64,000 nucleotides of DNA, taken from the IMG/VR virus record IMGVR_UViG_3300023184_000033, positions 64,001-128,000 of that record, one strand, 5' to 3'. Source of the stretch: a virus. Below, in pieces: positions 9,390 to 19,477 of the stretch. A program made the translations under genes and the position numbers. Positions within the stretch are counted from its first letter, which is position 1. The number at the start of each line of letters is the position of its first letter. The notes under the pieces are model-generated. The model was not told the origin of the DNA and did not search any database. It worked only from the letters and a program-made list of their open reading frames with translations.

Positions 9390-11073
9390 TTTTATTCTCC
9401 ATGATTAGTTTATTTATATCACTATTGGCTTCTTCTTTTTTATTGGAAGTTTTTGTATTAGTTTTTTGTTCTGGTACATCAGTTTCGGTGTCCAATGGTG
9501 CACCGTCTGGTGATAATCCTAATGAACGATTAATATCTGGCATCATTATTTGATTTTGAATATCTGTAGGAAGACCACGGCCATCTTTCTTTTCTTTCTC
9601 AATCTCTTTACGCATAGATTTGATTTCATCATCAGACAACCGCAAAACATTACGTTGAATCCATGCTTGTGAAAAGTAATTACCAGTATATGGATCAACA
9701 GAAGACAACAACTGTAGTCTGTTGGTCATCAATTCAGCATCTTTTAATTCTGTAAAGTTATTATCTTTAATAAAGTCATAATGAATATTTTCTTTAAATT
9801 CATTCCACTCTTCATTAGTACAAATACCTTTAAGTACACACTGTACACGCAATGTTTGGTCAAAAACATCAGAGAACTTTATTCTCATACGTTCAACAAA
9901 CTTACTAAACTTTAATTCATCACGTGTTACCTCAGCAGAACGACCAAGTGAAAATCCTTGGTCTGGTTCTAGTCTAGAGATAGGCACACTTAATGAACCA
10001 TACAATTTTCTTTGGAAATACTTAATGTCTTCAAGTTCACCTAAGTTTTGTCCACCAGGTAAAGTTGTAATTTCTGTTCCTTTTCCACCTTCTCTACGTG
10101 GCAACCAGTAATCTTCCATCATCGACAAGTATTTACGGTCATCACGTACTTCACCAGTATTGGCATCATACACAACCTTGTTCTTATACTTGACCATAAT
10201 GTCCCGAAGGTATTGTTCCGCCTTTAGTTTAGGCAAGTTACCAACGTCAATGTAGAAAATTCTACGTTCTGGTGCTCTAGAGATACGATAGATAACAATC
10301 GCATCTTCAATCATTCTCAACTGATTAAGTGGTTTGATTGCTTTGTGCAGATACGACAACACCACTGCTCGGCGAGAATCCATCAAACCAGAAACAACGG
10401 AGATGATAGAATCAGTAGTAATGCGTACACCAACTGGTCCAAAATTTGCAGATGAACCTGTAACAACCTTGTCATTATAGATGTAGTATTCATTTACTGT
10501 ATCTACAATATCAACACCTGTACGCTCATCTTTTTTCTTCTTTAACTCACGAACTTTGCGAAGCTTCCGTGGATCGATATATCTTAATTCTTTAATACCT
10601 TCTACCGGATTTTCTCTGTCAATTACTATGTGGTAATACATTCTTCCGTCAATATAGTATCTGCGGAATATATCTTGTGCCATTTTGTTGTAATTAAACA
10701 ACCGAAGGACATTTTGAAATTCTTTCTTGATAGAATCTTTAATCTTATCTGGTTGTTTTAAATTGTCCAGTACAATTTCAATTGTTTTCCCGTCATCGTC
10801 TTGACAAATTGCTTCGTTAACGATATCATCAATTGCTGATTCAATTTCTGGCTGCATAGCCATCTCACGATATCGGGAAATCAACTCTACTTCATTTTTT
10901 GCAGTTCCATCTAAATCAACATATGTACCATAATATGCTGCTGATTGAATTGTTAATGCACCATCATCGTTTGTTTGGGGTGCGAACGATTTCTGCACAG
11001 CCGAGTCTTCTTCAGACTTTTGGCGTGAGATTGTAAATCCAAAAAGAGAGAATTTATTGTTTATATCTGCCAT
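9379..11073 (-). CDS. gp20: Portal protein gp20
   Basis: YRISRAPERRIFYIDVGNLPK.KAEQY and EDYWLPRREGGKGTEITTLPGG. Confidence 0.98.
   Translation of the reverse strand: MADINNKFSLFGFTISRQKSEEDSAVQKSFAPQTNDDGALTIQSAAYYGTYVDLDGTAKNEVELISRYREMAMQPEIESAIDDIVNEAICQDDDGKTIEIVLDNLKQPDKIKDSIKKEFQNVLRLFNYNKMAQDIFRRYYIDGRMYYHIVIDRENPVEGIKELRYIDPRKLRKVRELKKKKDERTGVDIVDTVNEYYIYNDKVVTGSSANFGPVGVRITTDSIISVVSGLMDSRRAVVLSYLHKAIKPLNQLRMIEDAIVIYRISRAPERRIFYIDVGNLPKLKAEQYLRDIMVKYKNKVVYDANTGEVRDDRKYLSMMEDYWLPRREGGKGTEITTLPGGQNLGELEDIKYFQRKLYGSLSVPISRLEPDQGFSLGRSAEVTRDELKFSKFVERMRIKFSDVFDQTLRVQCVLKGICTNEEWNEFKENIHYDFIKDNNFTELKDAELMTNRLQLLSSVDPYTGNYFSQAWIQRNVLRLSDDEIKSMRKEIEKEKKDGRGLPTDIQNQIMMPDINRSLGLSPDGAPLDTETDVPEQKTNTKTSNKKEEANSDINKLIMENKNDR
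9411..9418 (-). promoter_or_regulatory. T4 late promoter TATAAATA inside the gp20 3' end
   Basis: Exact consensus 22 nt upstream of the next gene start. Confidence 0.65.
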
Positions 11074-11105
11074 GTTACCTTCATATTAAAGTCAAAAAAA
11101 CATAA

Positions 11106-11129
11106 GAAAGGGAGAATGAACTCCCTTTC
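11106..11129 (-). terminator. Hairpin / probable terminator after gp19
   Basis: GAAAGGGAG-6 nt-CTCCCTTTC inverted repeat with a downstream T-run on the minus strand. Confidence 0.6.
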
Positions 11130-11141
11130 CATATAATAAAA

Positions 11142-11684
11142 TTAAGAAGTACTTGCTGCTTCCCACCATTGATAGGCAAAAGTGATGCCATATTCTTCTA
11201 TGGAGTCATTTGTTCCCCAATCTAAACCAATTGGTTCAATATCGGTTGGGAATAAACCCACGAACCTATAAGTTTTAATTGCATCACCATTCTTAGCATA
11301 TTGAGTCACAGTAGCATCTGCTGTATAAGATGTTGGACTTTGTGCATCGTCGTTTCTTTTATTACCCACATGACTATTTATTGCGTTCATCCATGATTCC
11401 ATGGCGTTACGAATTGTAAAATCTTCATCGTTGATGATTTGTACGGACCAATCTGGAAAAGTTCTATTTCCAGCAAACTTCAACTCACGACCAAAGTAAA
11501 ACACTGGGACTGTGCCGAGTGTTGAACCTGGAAGTTGTGAAGCTTTAGCCATAAAGGTTGTTTTTGAACTGGCAACTGCATTGCCGGTCACGATAGTTGG
11601 GAAGTTTAACGCTACTGAAAATAGATTGGGACGGGCACCGTCTCCAATCATGTTTGAACGAAACTCTGTTACATTGAAAGCCAT
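11142..11684 (-). CDS. gp19: Tail tube protein gp19
   Basis: GARPNLF, GRELKFAGNRTF.DW, NDEDF.IR and FAYQWW. Confidence 0.96.
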   Translation of the reverse strand: MAFNVTEFRSNMIGDGARPNLFSVALNFPTIVTGNAVASSKTTFMAKASQLPGSTLGTVPVFYFGRELKFAGNRTFPDWSVQIINDEDFTIRNAMESWMNAINSHVGNKRNDDAQSPTSYTADATVTQYAKNGDAIKTYRFVGLFPTDIEPIGLDWGTNDSIEEYGITFAYQWWEAASTS

Positions 11685-11712
11685 TGTTTTCTCCTAATTT
11701 CTTTTTTATTTA

Positions 11713-13425
11713 TTAGACTGAACCAACAACTGTAGCGAAATTAACACCTGTTGCAACTGCAACGAAGTTCAACTGAATGAAGTTAATTGAACGTGCAGGT
11801 TTAACGTAAATATCACCAACAAATTGGTTGCTATCAATTACTTGTGGAGTGTTATTAGTTGTATCGCAAACTACTTTGAAGGCTGTAATACCACGGCGGC
11901 CTTGTATATCACGTAAGAACGGATTAACAATTGAAACGAATTGAGCACGTGTAAATTCATCATTAAATTCGAACATTGAATATTGTGCGGCTTTTGCAAT
12001 TGCTTTTTCTAGTGTAATAAACAATCTACGAACGTTGATTCTATCAAAAGCTGAAGGTTTAGACTGCAATGTTTTGTCACCAAACAGAACTGTACCTGAA
12101 CCAGGTATAGAAATAACAGGATTGATACCAAGTGAATATAGTGTATCACGGTATGTCTTGTTAGGATTCCATGCCAACTTAATAGCATTCTTAATTGAAC
12201 CACGATTTAGACCAGCTGGAGAGAACCATGGATCACGAATACTATCTGTATATACACATAGACCAGCAGTGTCACCATTTAATGGAATCCAACGATATAC
12301 GTTATTATATCTGTCAAATTGGTATTTCCATCCTGAATCTGCAACAGCATATGAAGAAGAACGTGATAGTGATGTTAACCATGTAGAGATTAAGTTCATC
12401 TCGCCACCTGGATTGTTAACAACCGCAGTAATTGGAGGAGAAACGAAAGTTACACAATCACGGCGAGAACCAACGGCAGGATTAATATCAACACCACTAA
12501 TGTTATCGATAACATATTGTTGCACAGTAACGTTTCCGTCACCAGTCATAACCAAGTCTACGTTAACGGCTTCTTTGTTTTGAAATTCAGCAAAACCAGC
12601 AACTGTGTTTGCTGTTGTACCAAGGTCATCATTACCTATTACAAACTGCACCGTATATGGAGTTGGTAGATTTGCAAAGTTGTTGTTCAATGCGGGTCTG
12701 TTCCAAGTTGTATTGGTAGTGGCATAGTTTGGAGGATCCATTGCATAAACATAACGTGACTGGTCAAATAATACTTGTTTCCAGAAATTAGATTTGCCGT
12801 TCAATGCAGCATCGGATGCCTTAGACATGAATGGGAATGTTTCTAGCACTGTACCTTTTGTACCAGTGAAAGCTCCGCCAGCATCGATAACAATCATGTG
12901 GATTTCATCGTTTGCACCACCGGCTGTAGAAGTAAATACTGATGTGCTTGGAGCAGAACTGAAGTAACCTGAATAAGCCCAACCAGAATAATTGTTCGAA
13001 TCTGCAATAGAAACTTGCAATGAGTTACCCATAGCACCAGGATATCTTGCGATAACTGGACCATAAACGTTATTGTTATTCTGGTTCAAGAAAGTGTACT
13101 GGAAGGTATCAGGATTCTTGATTTGTAAGTTAATAGTTGACGCAACAGCCGCATTATTTGCGGATTGACCAACAGTACGTACAATGTTTAGATTATTACC
13201 ATAAGACAAAAAGTTGGCAGCTGTAAAGAATGAAACTGCTGAGTTCGAATCAGGAGTACCAAAACGTTGAGCCAAAATAATTTCATCCGAAATTAAAGTA
13301 ATTTTATTGACTGGACCCCAACGGAAGTAACCAGCATAAGCACCAGCGGTAGTAGATACGGAAGGAACGATTGTTGTTAAATCAACTTCCGAAATAGCTA
13401 CGCCTGGAGAGAGTTGAAACGCCAT
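11713..13425 (-). CDS. gp18: Tail sheath protein gp18
   Basis: LSPGV...EVDLT, PWFSPAG..RG, FDRINVRRLF and KPARSINFIQLNF. Confidence 0.97.
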   Translation of the reverse strand: MAFQLSPGVAISEVDLTTIVPSVSTTAGAYAGYFRWGPVNKITLISDEIILAQRFGTPDSNSAVSFFTAANFLSYGNNLNIVRTVGQSANNAAVASTINLQIKNPDTFQYTFLNQNNNNVYGPVIARYPGAMGNSLQVSIADSNNYSGWAYSGYFSSAPSTSVFTSTAGGANDEIHMIVIDAGGAFTGTKGTVLETFPFMSKASDAALNGKSNFWKQVLFDQSRYVYAMDPPNYATTNTTWNRPALNNNFANLPTPYTVQFVIGNDDLGTTANTVAGFAEFQNKEAVNVDLVMTGDGNVTVQQYVIDNISGVDINPAVGSRRDCVTFVSPPITAVVNNPGGEMNLISTWLTSLSRSSSYAVADSGWKYQFDRYNNVYRWIPLNGDTAGLCVYTDSIRDPWFSPAGLNRGSIKNAIKLAWNPNKTYRDTLYSLGINPVISIPGSGTVLFGDKTLQSKPSAFDRINVRRLFITLEKAIAKAAQYSMFEFNDEFTRAQFVSIVNPFLRDIQGRRGITAFKVVCDTTNNTPQVIDSNQFVGDIYVKPARSINFIQLNFVAVATGVNFATVVGSV

Positions 13426-13476
13426 TTTATTCTCCTTGAATTATTATAAGTGTGGTCGTTTAAAATACCATCATAA

Positions 13477-13484
13477 TATTTATG
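13477..13484 (-). promoter_or_regulatory. Late promoter variant CATAAATA (gp18)
   Basis: Intergenic match upstream of gp18. Confidence 0.6.
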
Positions 13485-13495
13485 AAACACCAAAT

Positions 13496-15178
13496 TTACA
13501 AATTATTTTTAAAATTTCCCATAAACGAAGAATATGTGGAACTACCGCTACCGGTCTCCCATAAATCACCATCAATGAGTTCTAAATCTGAATATGAAGT
13601 CATTGTGTCATCCATGATTGGTGCCGGCACCATTTCCTCATCAAATTGATTCATATTTTCAGCCTGAATTTGTTTTCTCAGATCATGATTAACAATTTCT
13701 CTAAAATATTTTTGAGTGGTTACCCATCCAAATAACACCAAAGACATAACCAAATCATCATTAGCATCGTCTTCTGCTGCAAAAGAGTTTTTCTTTGCAA
13801 CAAAAGTAGTTAACTCTGAATATGTATCAAAATCGTTAATTATAAGTTTGTCACCTTCAATCAAAGCTTTGAGGTTTGAACAACCAATGCGTTTGACTTG
13901 AGGAGACATTTTCAGTCCCATTTGTATACCTCTGGCAAAACCAGCCGATAACTGTTGAGGTTTTTTATTACCAGTAAACACTTTCCACAGATTTTCATAT
14001 TCTAAGTCAGAATGTAATGTTTCTGCCACCTGTGGTGTGTTGTTTATTTCCACCAACACATATGCATCATTATACAATCTGGCTGCATTATAGATTATGG
14101 TTGGAAATAATATTGGTGAAATGGTTGAAGACTTGTATGCTGCAACTTGTTTGTATGGTGTTTTGGATATGTCTATGATTGTAAATGAAGAACAATCTAA
14201 ACCTTTACCTTCAGAAACATCAACACACATGGCATACAGATGGTCTTTCATATTGACTTCATCTGATTTAATTGGTGCTTCATATATCCTCAACATATCA
14301 TGTTCGGTGATAGGATTGATATAAGTAATTTCTTGTAATTTTTTGGCAGAGATTAAAGTATTTGATGAACCTAAAAACTCAGTTTCAAACTCTTGACTAA
14401 ATTGTCGTTCAGAAGTGTTACGAATTGTTTCTTCTTTCCAGGCATCATCTCGACCTGGAACCATAGACCAATGAATCTCAAATGGTTTATAGTTACTACG
14501 TTTCTCAACGGCATCCATCCACATCTTGTAGAACAGATTCATACCATTTGGCGTAGACACCATCAAAATCTTTGTTTTAGTACCAGATGTAATAACAGGA
14601 TAAACTGAAGTAATGAAGTCGTATGCAACATTTCCTGGAACGAAAGCAAATTCATCTAAGAAAACAATGTTGTATGCGCCTGAACGTGCTGCTGAAGATG
14701 AAGTAGAGTTTGCAACAATAACGGAAGAATTTTCTAGTTCAATGCGACCCTTGTTCCATTCTACCACGCCTTGTTGTAACCACATTGGTAAGTTTTCATA
14801 TGCCAACTGTAACTTACCTAGAATGTCACGTGCTGTTTGGCCTTTGTTGGCCAACACGGCGATGTTCTGAGAATCTTTGAATAATATAGTCCAAAGAAGA
14901 TATGCAACCGCAGTTGTGGTTTTACCAACCTGTCGAGGGCACTTAACGATAACAAAACGATTATCATTAAAAGTTCTCATCATGTCTTTTTGGAAATCAT
15001 ACATTTCAAAAGGAACAAGACCACGGTCCAATGATATGATGCTGATGTATTTTGCAAAGTATATGGGATCAGCTGCACACTTCAGGTATTCTTCAACCTG
15101 TTCCTTAGTAAACTTATACTCAATGCCAACACGTTTTAATTTGGGATTGTCCCGGTACGATTCTTTAAGTGTTGCCAT
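13496..15178 (-). CDS. gp17: Terminase large subunit gp17
   Basis: PRQVGKT Walker A, FLDEFAF Walker B, STPNG, and nuclease DDLVM. Confidence 0.97.
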   Translation of the reverse strand: MATLKESYRDNPKLKRVGIEYKFTKEQVEEYLKCAADPIYFAKYISIISLDRGLVPFEMYDFQKDMMRTFNDNRFVIVKCPRQVGKTTTAVAYLLWTILFKDSQNIAVLANKGQTARDILGKLQLAYENLPMWLQQGVVEWNKGRIELENSSVIVANSTSSSAARSGAYNIVFLDEFAFVPGNVAYDFITSVYPVITSGTKTKILMVSTPNGMNLFYKMWMDAVEKRSNYKPFEIHWSMVPGRDDAWKEETIRNTSERQFSQEFETEFLGSSNTLISAKKLQEITYINPITEHDMLRIYEAPIKSDEVNMKDHLYAMCVDVSEGKGLDCSSFTIIDISKTPYKQVAAYKSSTISPILFPTIIYNAARLYNDAYVLVEINNTPQVAETLHSDLEYENLWKVFTGNKKPQQLSAGFARGIQMGLKMSPQVKRIGCSNLKALIEGDKLIINDFDTYSELTTFVAKKNSFAAEDDANDDLVMSLVLFGWVTTQKYFREIVNHDLRKQIQAENMNQFDEEMVPAPIMDDTMTSYSDLELIDGDLWETGSGSSTYSSFMGNFKNNL

Positions 15179-15594
15179 TATTCTTTATTCTTTAATAATT
15201 TCTGCAACTCAGTAGTAGAACCAACAAAGATTGCTTTATCAATATTTGTTTGTGGTTTATTATCTTTTTTGGAATCATCCATGGTGCGAATTTGTTTCTG
15301 TATAGCCAAGAGTTCTTTATTGGCATCTACCATATTTTTGAGTATACCACCATAAACTTCAAATGCTCTTGGGTGTTGACCTGCTTTAGCAATCTGTAGA
15401 ATTTCTTCCATTGCATCTTTGCCAGAATCAATAATAGATTGCAAGTTTTCTTTTGACTGTTGGTATGCATCAGTCAAATCCTCATCCATGTTTGCTTCGT
15501 TGTAGTGGGTAGTTACAACTTCGGTTTTTGGTTTCTTTTCGTCAATTGGCATGACGTTAAAAATATCTGAAAGATTTTTATTCAATTCGTTCAT
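15178..15594 (-). CDS. gp16: Terminase small subunit gp16
   Basis: HPRAFEV and FVGSTTELQK; adjacent to gp17. Confidence 0.9.
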   Translation of the reverse strand: MNELNKNLSDIFNVMPIDEKKPKTEVVTTHYNEANMDEDLTDAYQQSKENLQSIIDSGKDAMEEILQIAKAGQHPRAFEVYGGILKNMVDANKELLAIQKQIRTMDDSKKDNKPQTNIDKAIFVGSTTELQKLLKNKE

Positions 15595-15609
15595 TTTAAA
15601 TCACTTTTA

Positions 15610-16605
15610 TTAATAATTTGCACTATACGTATTAGCTATTTCGGTAATAACAGTATTGGCCGTCCAATTTGAGGCATTCATTGTTGAAACACTTGGCGTA
15701 ATATCAATTTTGGCCAATCTTTGAGTTACCATATTATATGATGTGAATGAATAATTTGAATGTGTTTGTGTTCCAATAATTGGCATCGTAGAAACAAAAT
15801 GTCCTTTGATATTTTTTAAAGTTAAATTATTATATTTCCAAACAACAACTTTTGCTGTGGCCGTAGCGGTTGCAAGAGAATAACCTTGATACACAACTTC
15901 ATCCCGCAAATAAGTTCCATTGCCAGCAGGATTCATTGTAAACAAAATTTGGTCACCATCTGTAATCATATTATATACATTTGTAATTGAATGTGTAATT
16001 ACATTAGTTTGTGATACTGGACCAAAGATGAATCCTTTAACGGTAAAGTTGAGCGTCCAAATAATCATTCTGGTATCAGAATCACGACCACCTTCATATT
16101 TAATATCTTGGTTGGTTGAATTTAATACAATAGGAACTTCTTTAATAATACCCATCTCAGGTATCATATTAATCTTTACAGTATAATCTGGTGTAAAGTA
16201 TGACAAAACATGTTCTATAACTTGTGATGCATCTTCAATGTTACGAACATACAAATATAGATTGAAGTCAAAATTATATGGTACTGGATTGTATTGTCCC
16301 ACAGTACCTGTTGTTGTCTGTGAGAAATTTCTTATGTTGGTATTCTGTTTACGTGATGGATCATATGTGAATCCTGTCATCTCATAAGAAAATCTTGGTA
16401 AAGTAATTTGTACTTTTTTATCTAAGTCATAATCAGCTTCAAGTCTTTGCACATACAGTTCTTTGTTTGCATATGTGATAGGAATGATAAATCTTTCCGA
16501 TTCAGTTAAATCAGGATTGTAACGCACCAAAGTAATATTATCGAAAAGATTACCAAAGGCAACCGTTAATTTTCGAATGCTTCTATTGTAGAATGTATTT
16601 GCCAT
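15610..16605 (-). CDS. gp15: Tail sheath stabilizer gp15
   Basis: FGNLF, LPRFSYE, PVPYN and WTLNFTVKG.IFGP. Confidence 0.92.
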   Translation of the reverse strand: MANTFYNRSIRKLTVAFGNLFDNITLVRYNPDLTESERFIIPITYANKELYVQRLEADYDLDKKVQITLPRFSYEMTGFTYDPSRKQNTNIRNFSQTTTGTVGQYNPVPYNFDFNLYLYVRNIEDASQVIEHVLSYFTPDYTVKINMIPEMGIIKEVPIVLNSTNQDIKYEGGRDSDTRMIIWTLNFTVKGFIFGPVSQTNVITHSITNVYNMITDGDQILFTMNPAGNGTYLRDEVVYQGYSLATATATAKVVVWKYNNLTLKNIKGHFVSTMPIIGTQTHSNYSFTSYNMVTQRLAKIDITPSVSTMNASNWTANTVITEIANTYSANY

Positions 16606-17489
16606 TAGATTGAACCAAACGGATTAATTTCCGCTGTGCTGATTATATTATTTGCTTGGGTGTTTATATATGAGTTATCATACTGTTCATTTTTAACTGT
16701 TGGTGTTAAAACATCATAGTTTCCAACAGTTCTTGTTGTATTGCTATTGTTACCACGAACAGTAACTGCGTTTCTGAACTCGCCTTGAATATTTGAAACA
16801 ATCAATTCCTTACTTACAAAATCCCAAGACTGTACGATAGCTGATGTGTATGAATTGGCCAGCGTTGCATCGTTTGACTGGAACACAATTTCACCTAAAG
16901 TAAAGTCACCAGTACCATTGCCAAGGTTGAGTGTAATGTTGTACGCTGAATTTGTAGCAGCTTCATCAATAACTGGAATACCAGTAGTAATTTCTTCTTG
17001 TGAGTATTTAAATTTCTCTAGTTCTAGTTCATAGAAAAATGGCACTTGTCGACCTAACATCATCATGTCTTTGTTTTGATTGGTGAATTTAATTTCATAT
17101 AGTTCACCAGTTCCGTTTGCGAATGGAATATAAATCAAGTCGCCTTCACGTGGTCTTGTAAATGTGTTCTGTGGAATTCTTTGTGCAAATGACCGTTTGG
17201 ATAATATTACTGATACTTGATTTCTAATCTCAAGTCCAAACTTGGAGAAGAATTCTCTTTCTCCGTTGTAATTCAATGCATTGGACAAATACATTTCAAG
17301 TGGAAATGCAGTTGAAAATTTCTTAACTGGATCTTCACCATACAATAAGTCACGTGCCTCATCATTATTATTAGGCAAATAGAAAGCATCAAACCCCATC
17401 AACTTGATGGATTCAACGAGCAAGTCTTCAATTAACCTTTGGTCAGTATACTTGGCGTTGTAACTATTGTAATAGGGATTCGTTGCCAT
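16605..17489 (-). CDS. gp14: Neck protein gp14
   Basis: FSKFGLEIR, RPREGDLIY.P and C-terminal NPFG. Confidence 0.93.
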   Translation of the reverse strand: MATNPYYNSYNAKYTDQRLIEDLLVESIKLMGFDAFYLPNNNDEARDLLYGEDPVKKFSTAFPLEMYLSNALNYNGEREFFSKFGLEIRNQVSVILSKRSFAQRIPQNTFTRPREGDLIYIPFANGTGELYEIKFTNQNKDMMMLGRQVPFFYELELEKFKYSQEEITTGIPVIDEAATNSAYNITLNLGNGTGDFTLGEIVFQSNDATLANSYTSAIVQSWDFVSKELIVSNIQGEFRNAVTVRGNNSNTTRTVGNYDVLTPTVKNEQYDNSYINTQANNIISTAEINPFGSI

Positions 17490-17490
17490 A

Positions 17491-18261
17491 TTAGTTCATG
17501 AACCATTCTAATGGAGCTCCATAATTGGATTCCATTTCTTTTTCTAATCGTTCGATTTCAATTGCAGCTTCTTCATAGATTTTTGTACCATTCAATGTAA
17601 CACCACCAGGCAACTGAATGTTATCAAACTTCTTCATATTATTACCCCAACTTCTCTTAATCAGAGCTGTTGCATATTCTTTTAACCATCTGTCATTCCA
17701 GACCAAGGTGAATTGTGTTGGATCAATAACTGCATAAGCTTCTGCAACAACAACTTGGCCAACTGGTGCTTGATATTTACCCCAAGCCCAATCAATGTAA
17801 AGTCTTTGAATGTGTCTTTGGAATCTAATTGGAACCTCACCAGCAAACATCAGTTCAAGTGAACGTAGATGTTGCATAGTGAGTGTGTAATTGATATAGG
17901 ACGCAGAGGTGAAGTCATACAACTCATTCAGGCGCAGCTGATAACGTAAGTCAAACATGCTTACACTAGCTTGCGAGTCCGTTAACGGAAAGATTCGTGT
18001 AATACCAGCAATCTCAATATGTGAGTTGCTTCTATCTAAAGCCTGTGAAGCATCGATGTATTTGTTATCCACATTTTGTTGTGTTAACTTATGAATCCAG
18101 TAAACTTTTTGCAAACCATCAAAATGATAGTCTTGCCAATATTGCAATGCATCGTCAATCCTATCTTGGATTTGTTCTTCATCGATGTTGATATCGATAA
18201 CCGGTGCACCAAGGCGGCGTAAGCAGTAATCGGTAAAATCTTTTCTTGTTGTAATTGCCAT
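17491..18261 (-). CDS. gp13: Neck protein gp13
   Basis: YCLRRLGAPVI.IN, DYHFDG, WLKEYATALIK and LPGGVTLNG. Confidence 0.94.
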   Translation of the reverse strand: MAITTRKDFTDYCLRRLGAPVIDINIDEEQIQDRIDDALQYWQDYHFDGLQKVYWIHKLTQQNVDNKYIDASQALDRSNSHIEIAGITRIFPLTDSQASVSMFDLRYQLRLNELYDFTSASYINYTLTMQHLRSLELMFAGEVPIRFQRHIQRLYIDWAWGKYQAPVGQVVVAEAYAVIDPTQFTLVWNDRWLKEYATALIKRSWGNNMKKFDNIQLPGGVTLNGTKIYEEAAIEIERLEKEMESNYGAPLEWFMN

Positions 18262-18290
18262 GTTTTTTTACCCCGAATGTATCTCGGTAT

Positions 18291-18959
18291 TTAGTTATTC
18301 TCTGGAAACAAACAATCCTGAATGAACATCTTTACTGTATTCGCATCTAGTCCTAAACTTTCCATAACCCTCGGTGTATGTGGATTCTGTTTTTGATTTT
18401 GACAATAGTAGTTCTGTTGTTCTCTGATACTACCATGATATGAAAGTGGTACATGTGTGGTACCAACATGCCAAAGATAGTAATCTGTAGTTTCATTAGC
18501 CAATGAAATTAATGTTTCTAGTTCTTTTTCGTCCTGTATATTACCTGCAGCAACCATAGACGATGAAAATATATTTTTGGCCCAATCTGGTAAATTTCTA
18601 GGCTTAGACCACTCAAAATCTTTAACACGATTCTGAAACCACTTTGACATAAAATGTTCACTATTCATACTGAAATCGTGAAAGGCACCAGTGATTTTAT
18701 TTGGTCCCGCAATTAAGTCCAAACCAAAAATTGGTGACGGGTCATTATAATGTGGAAATATACACAGATGCATCATATACAATTTTTTTGTATCACGTGC
18801 ATCTATAATATCCAAGTGTGCTCTACGAAAATTATCGGATGAATACACATAGTTTGGCCAATCAAAAGAATGTCCCTCATCAACCACAACAGAACCTTCT
18901 TTGATTTTGTTATGTACAGACTCCGATAGTTCCACCAAACGATTAAAGATGGTACTCAT
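18291..18959 (-). CDS. pcyX: Ferredoxin-dependent bilin reductase, PcyX-like
   Basis: FRRAHLD, MMHLCIFP, PIFGLD, AFHDFS, R.LPDWAK.IFS, QNYYC.NQKQNPHT and LFP; paired with a heme oxygenase. Subfamily assignment is by motif recall. Confidence 0.85.
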   Translation of the reverse strand: MSTIFNRLVELSESVHNKIKEGSVVVDEGHSFDWPNYVYSSDNFRRAHLDIIDARDTKKLYMMHLCIFPHYNDPSPIFGLDLIAGPNKITGAFHDFSMNSEHFMSKWFQNRVKDFEWSKPRNLPDWAKNIFSSSMVAAGNIQDEKELETLISLANETTDYYLWHVGTTHVPLSYHGSIREQQNYYCQNQKQNPHTPRVMESLGLDANTVKMFIQDCLFPENN

Positions 18960-19467
18960 GTTCTAGTTCACCAAATAGTCTGATGACAAAATCGAAACAT
19001 TTGTTTGCTTCGGTACCCAGGTTCTCTGTTAACATTGGTCGAATCTTATCAATCATCTCTTTACGATTTTCGAAATCATACATTCTACCACTTGAAGGTG
19101 CCACTTTTTTAATCATCTGGCCACCATACATATCACCAAAGTGTCTGACATAAATGTGTGCCAAAAAATTAATTGGTTCTGAAGTAACATAATTCATATA
19201 ATCGATTGTAGAATTGTGTGGTACAAAATCAACTTCTGCCAATTCATCCAAGTCTTCTTTCATTTTATCGGCCCGCCACAGTTCTGGCATATCAGAGAGT
19301 ATACCTTGTTCCTGAGCTTTTTCTTCTAGTGTTCTATAACATAGATACTGGTTATACAGATATTCTGCATACATTCTTTTTGTTATTTTACCATTCAAAA
19401 GAAATTCTACAAATTTTGTTTTTTCTGCCGCTTCATGTTTGTCTGCAATTTGTTCACGCAATGTCAT
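18943..19467 (-). CDS. hemO: Heme oxygenase
   Basis: Proximal His in LREQ...HEAAE; distal helix HIYVRHFGDMYGGQMI; EANKCFDF...LF.EL. Confidence 0.92.
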   Translation of the reverse strand: MTLREQIADKHEAAEKTKFVEFLLNGKITKRMYAEYLYNQYLCYRTLEEKAQEQGILSDMPELWRADKMKEDLDELAEVDFVPHNSTIDYMNYVTSEPINFLAHIYVRHFGDMYGGQMIKKVAPSSGRMYDFENRKEMIDKIRPMLTENLGTEANKCFDFVIRLFGELEHEYHL

Positions 19468-19477
19468 AATTTTTATC

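Noticed and set aside
12035-12583. 182-aa plus-strand ORF and the many other short antisense ORFs
   Set aside because: They are shadows of well-supported minus-strand genes, with no recognisable motifs.
4660-13480. Shared TATGATGGTATTTT motif upstream of uvsY (about 4666-4679) and gp18 (about 13462-13475)
   Set aside because: Only two good copies in AT-rich DNA, overlapping different promoter types; not enough to call a regulator site.
13496-15178. Intein or intron in terminase or other core genes
   Set aside because: Core genes are of normal length and uninterrupted, with no splicing or homing endonuclease motifs.
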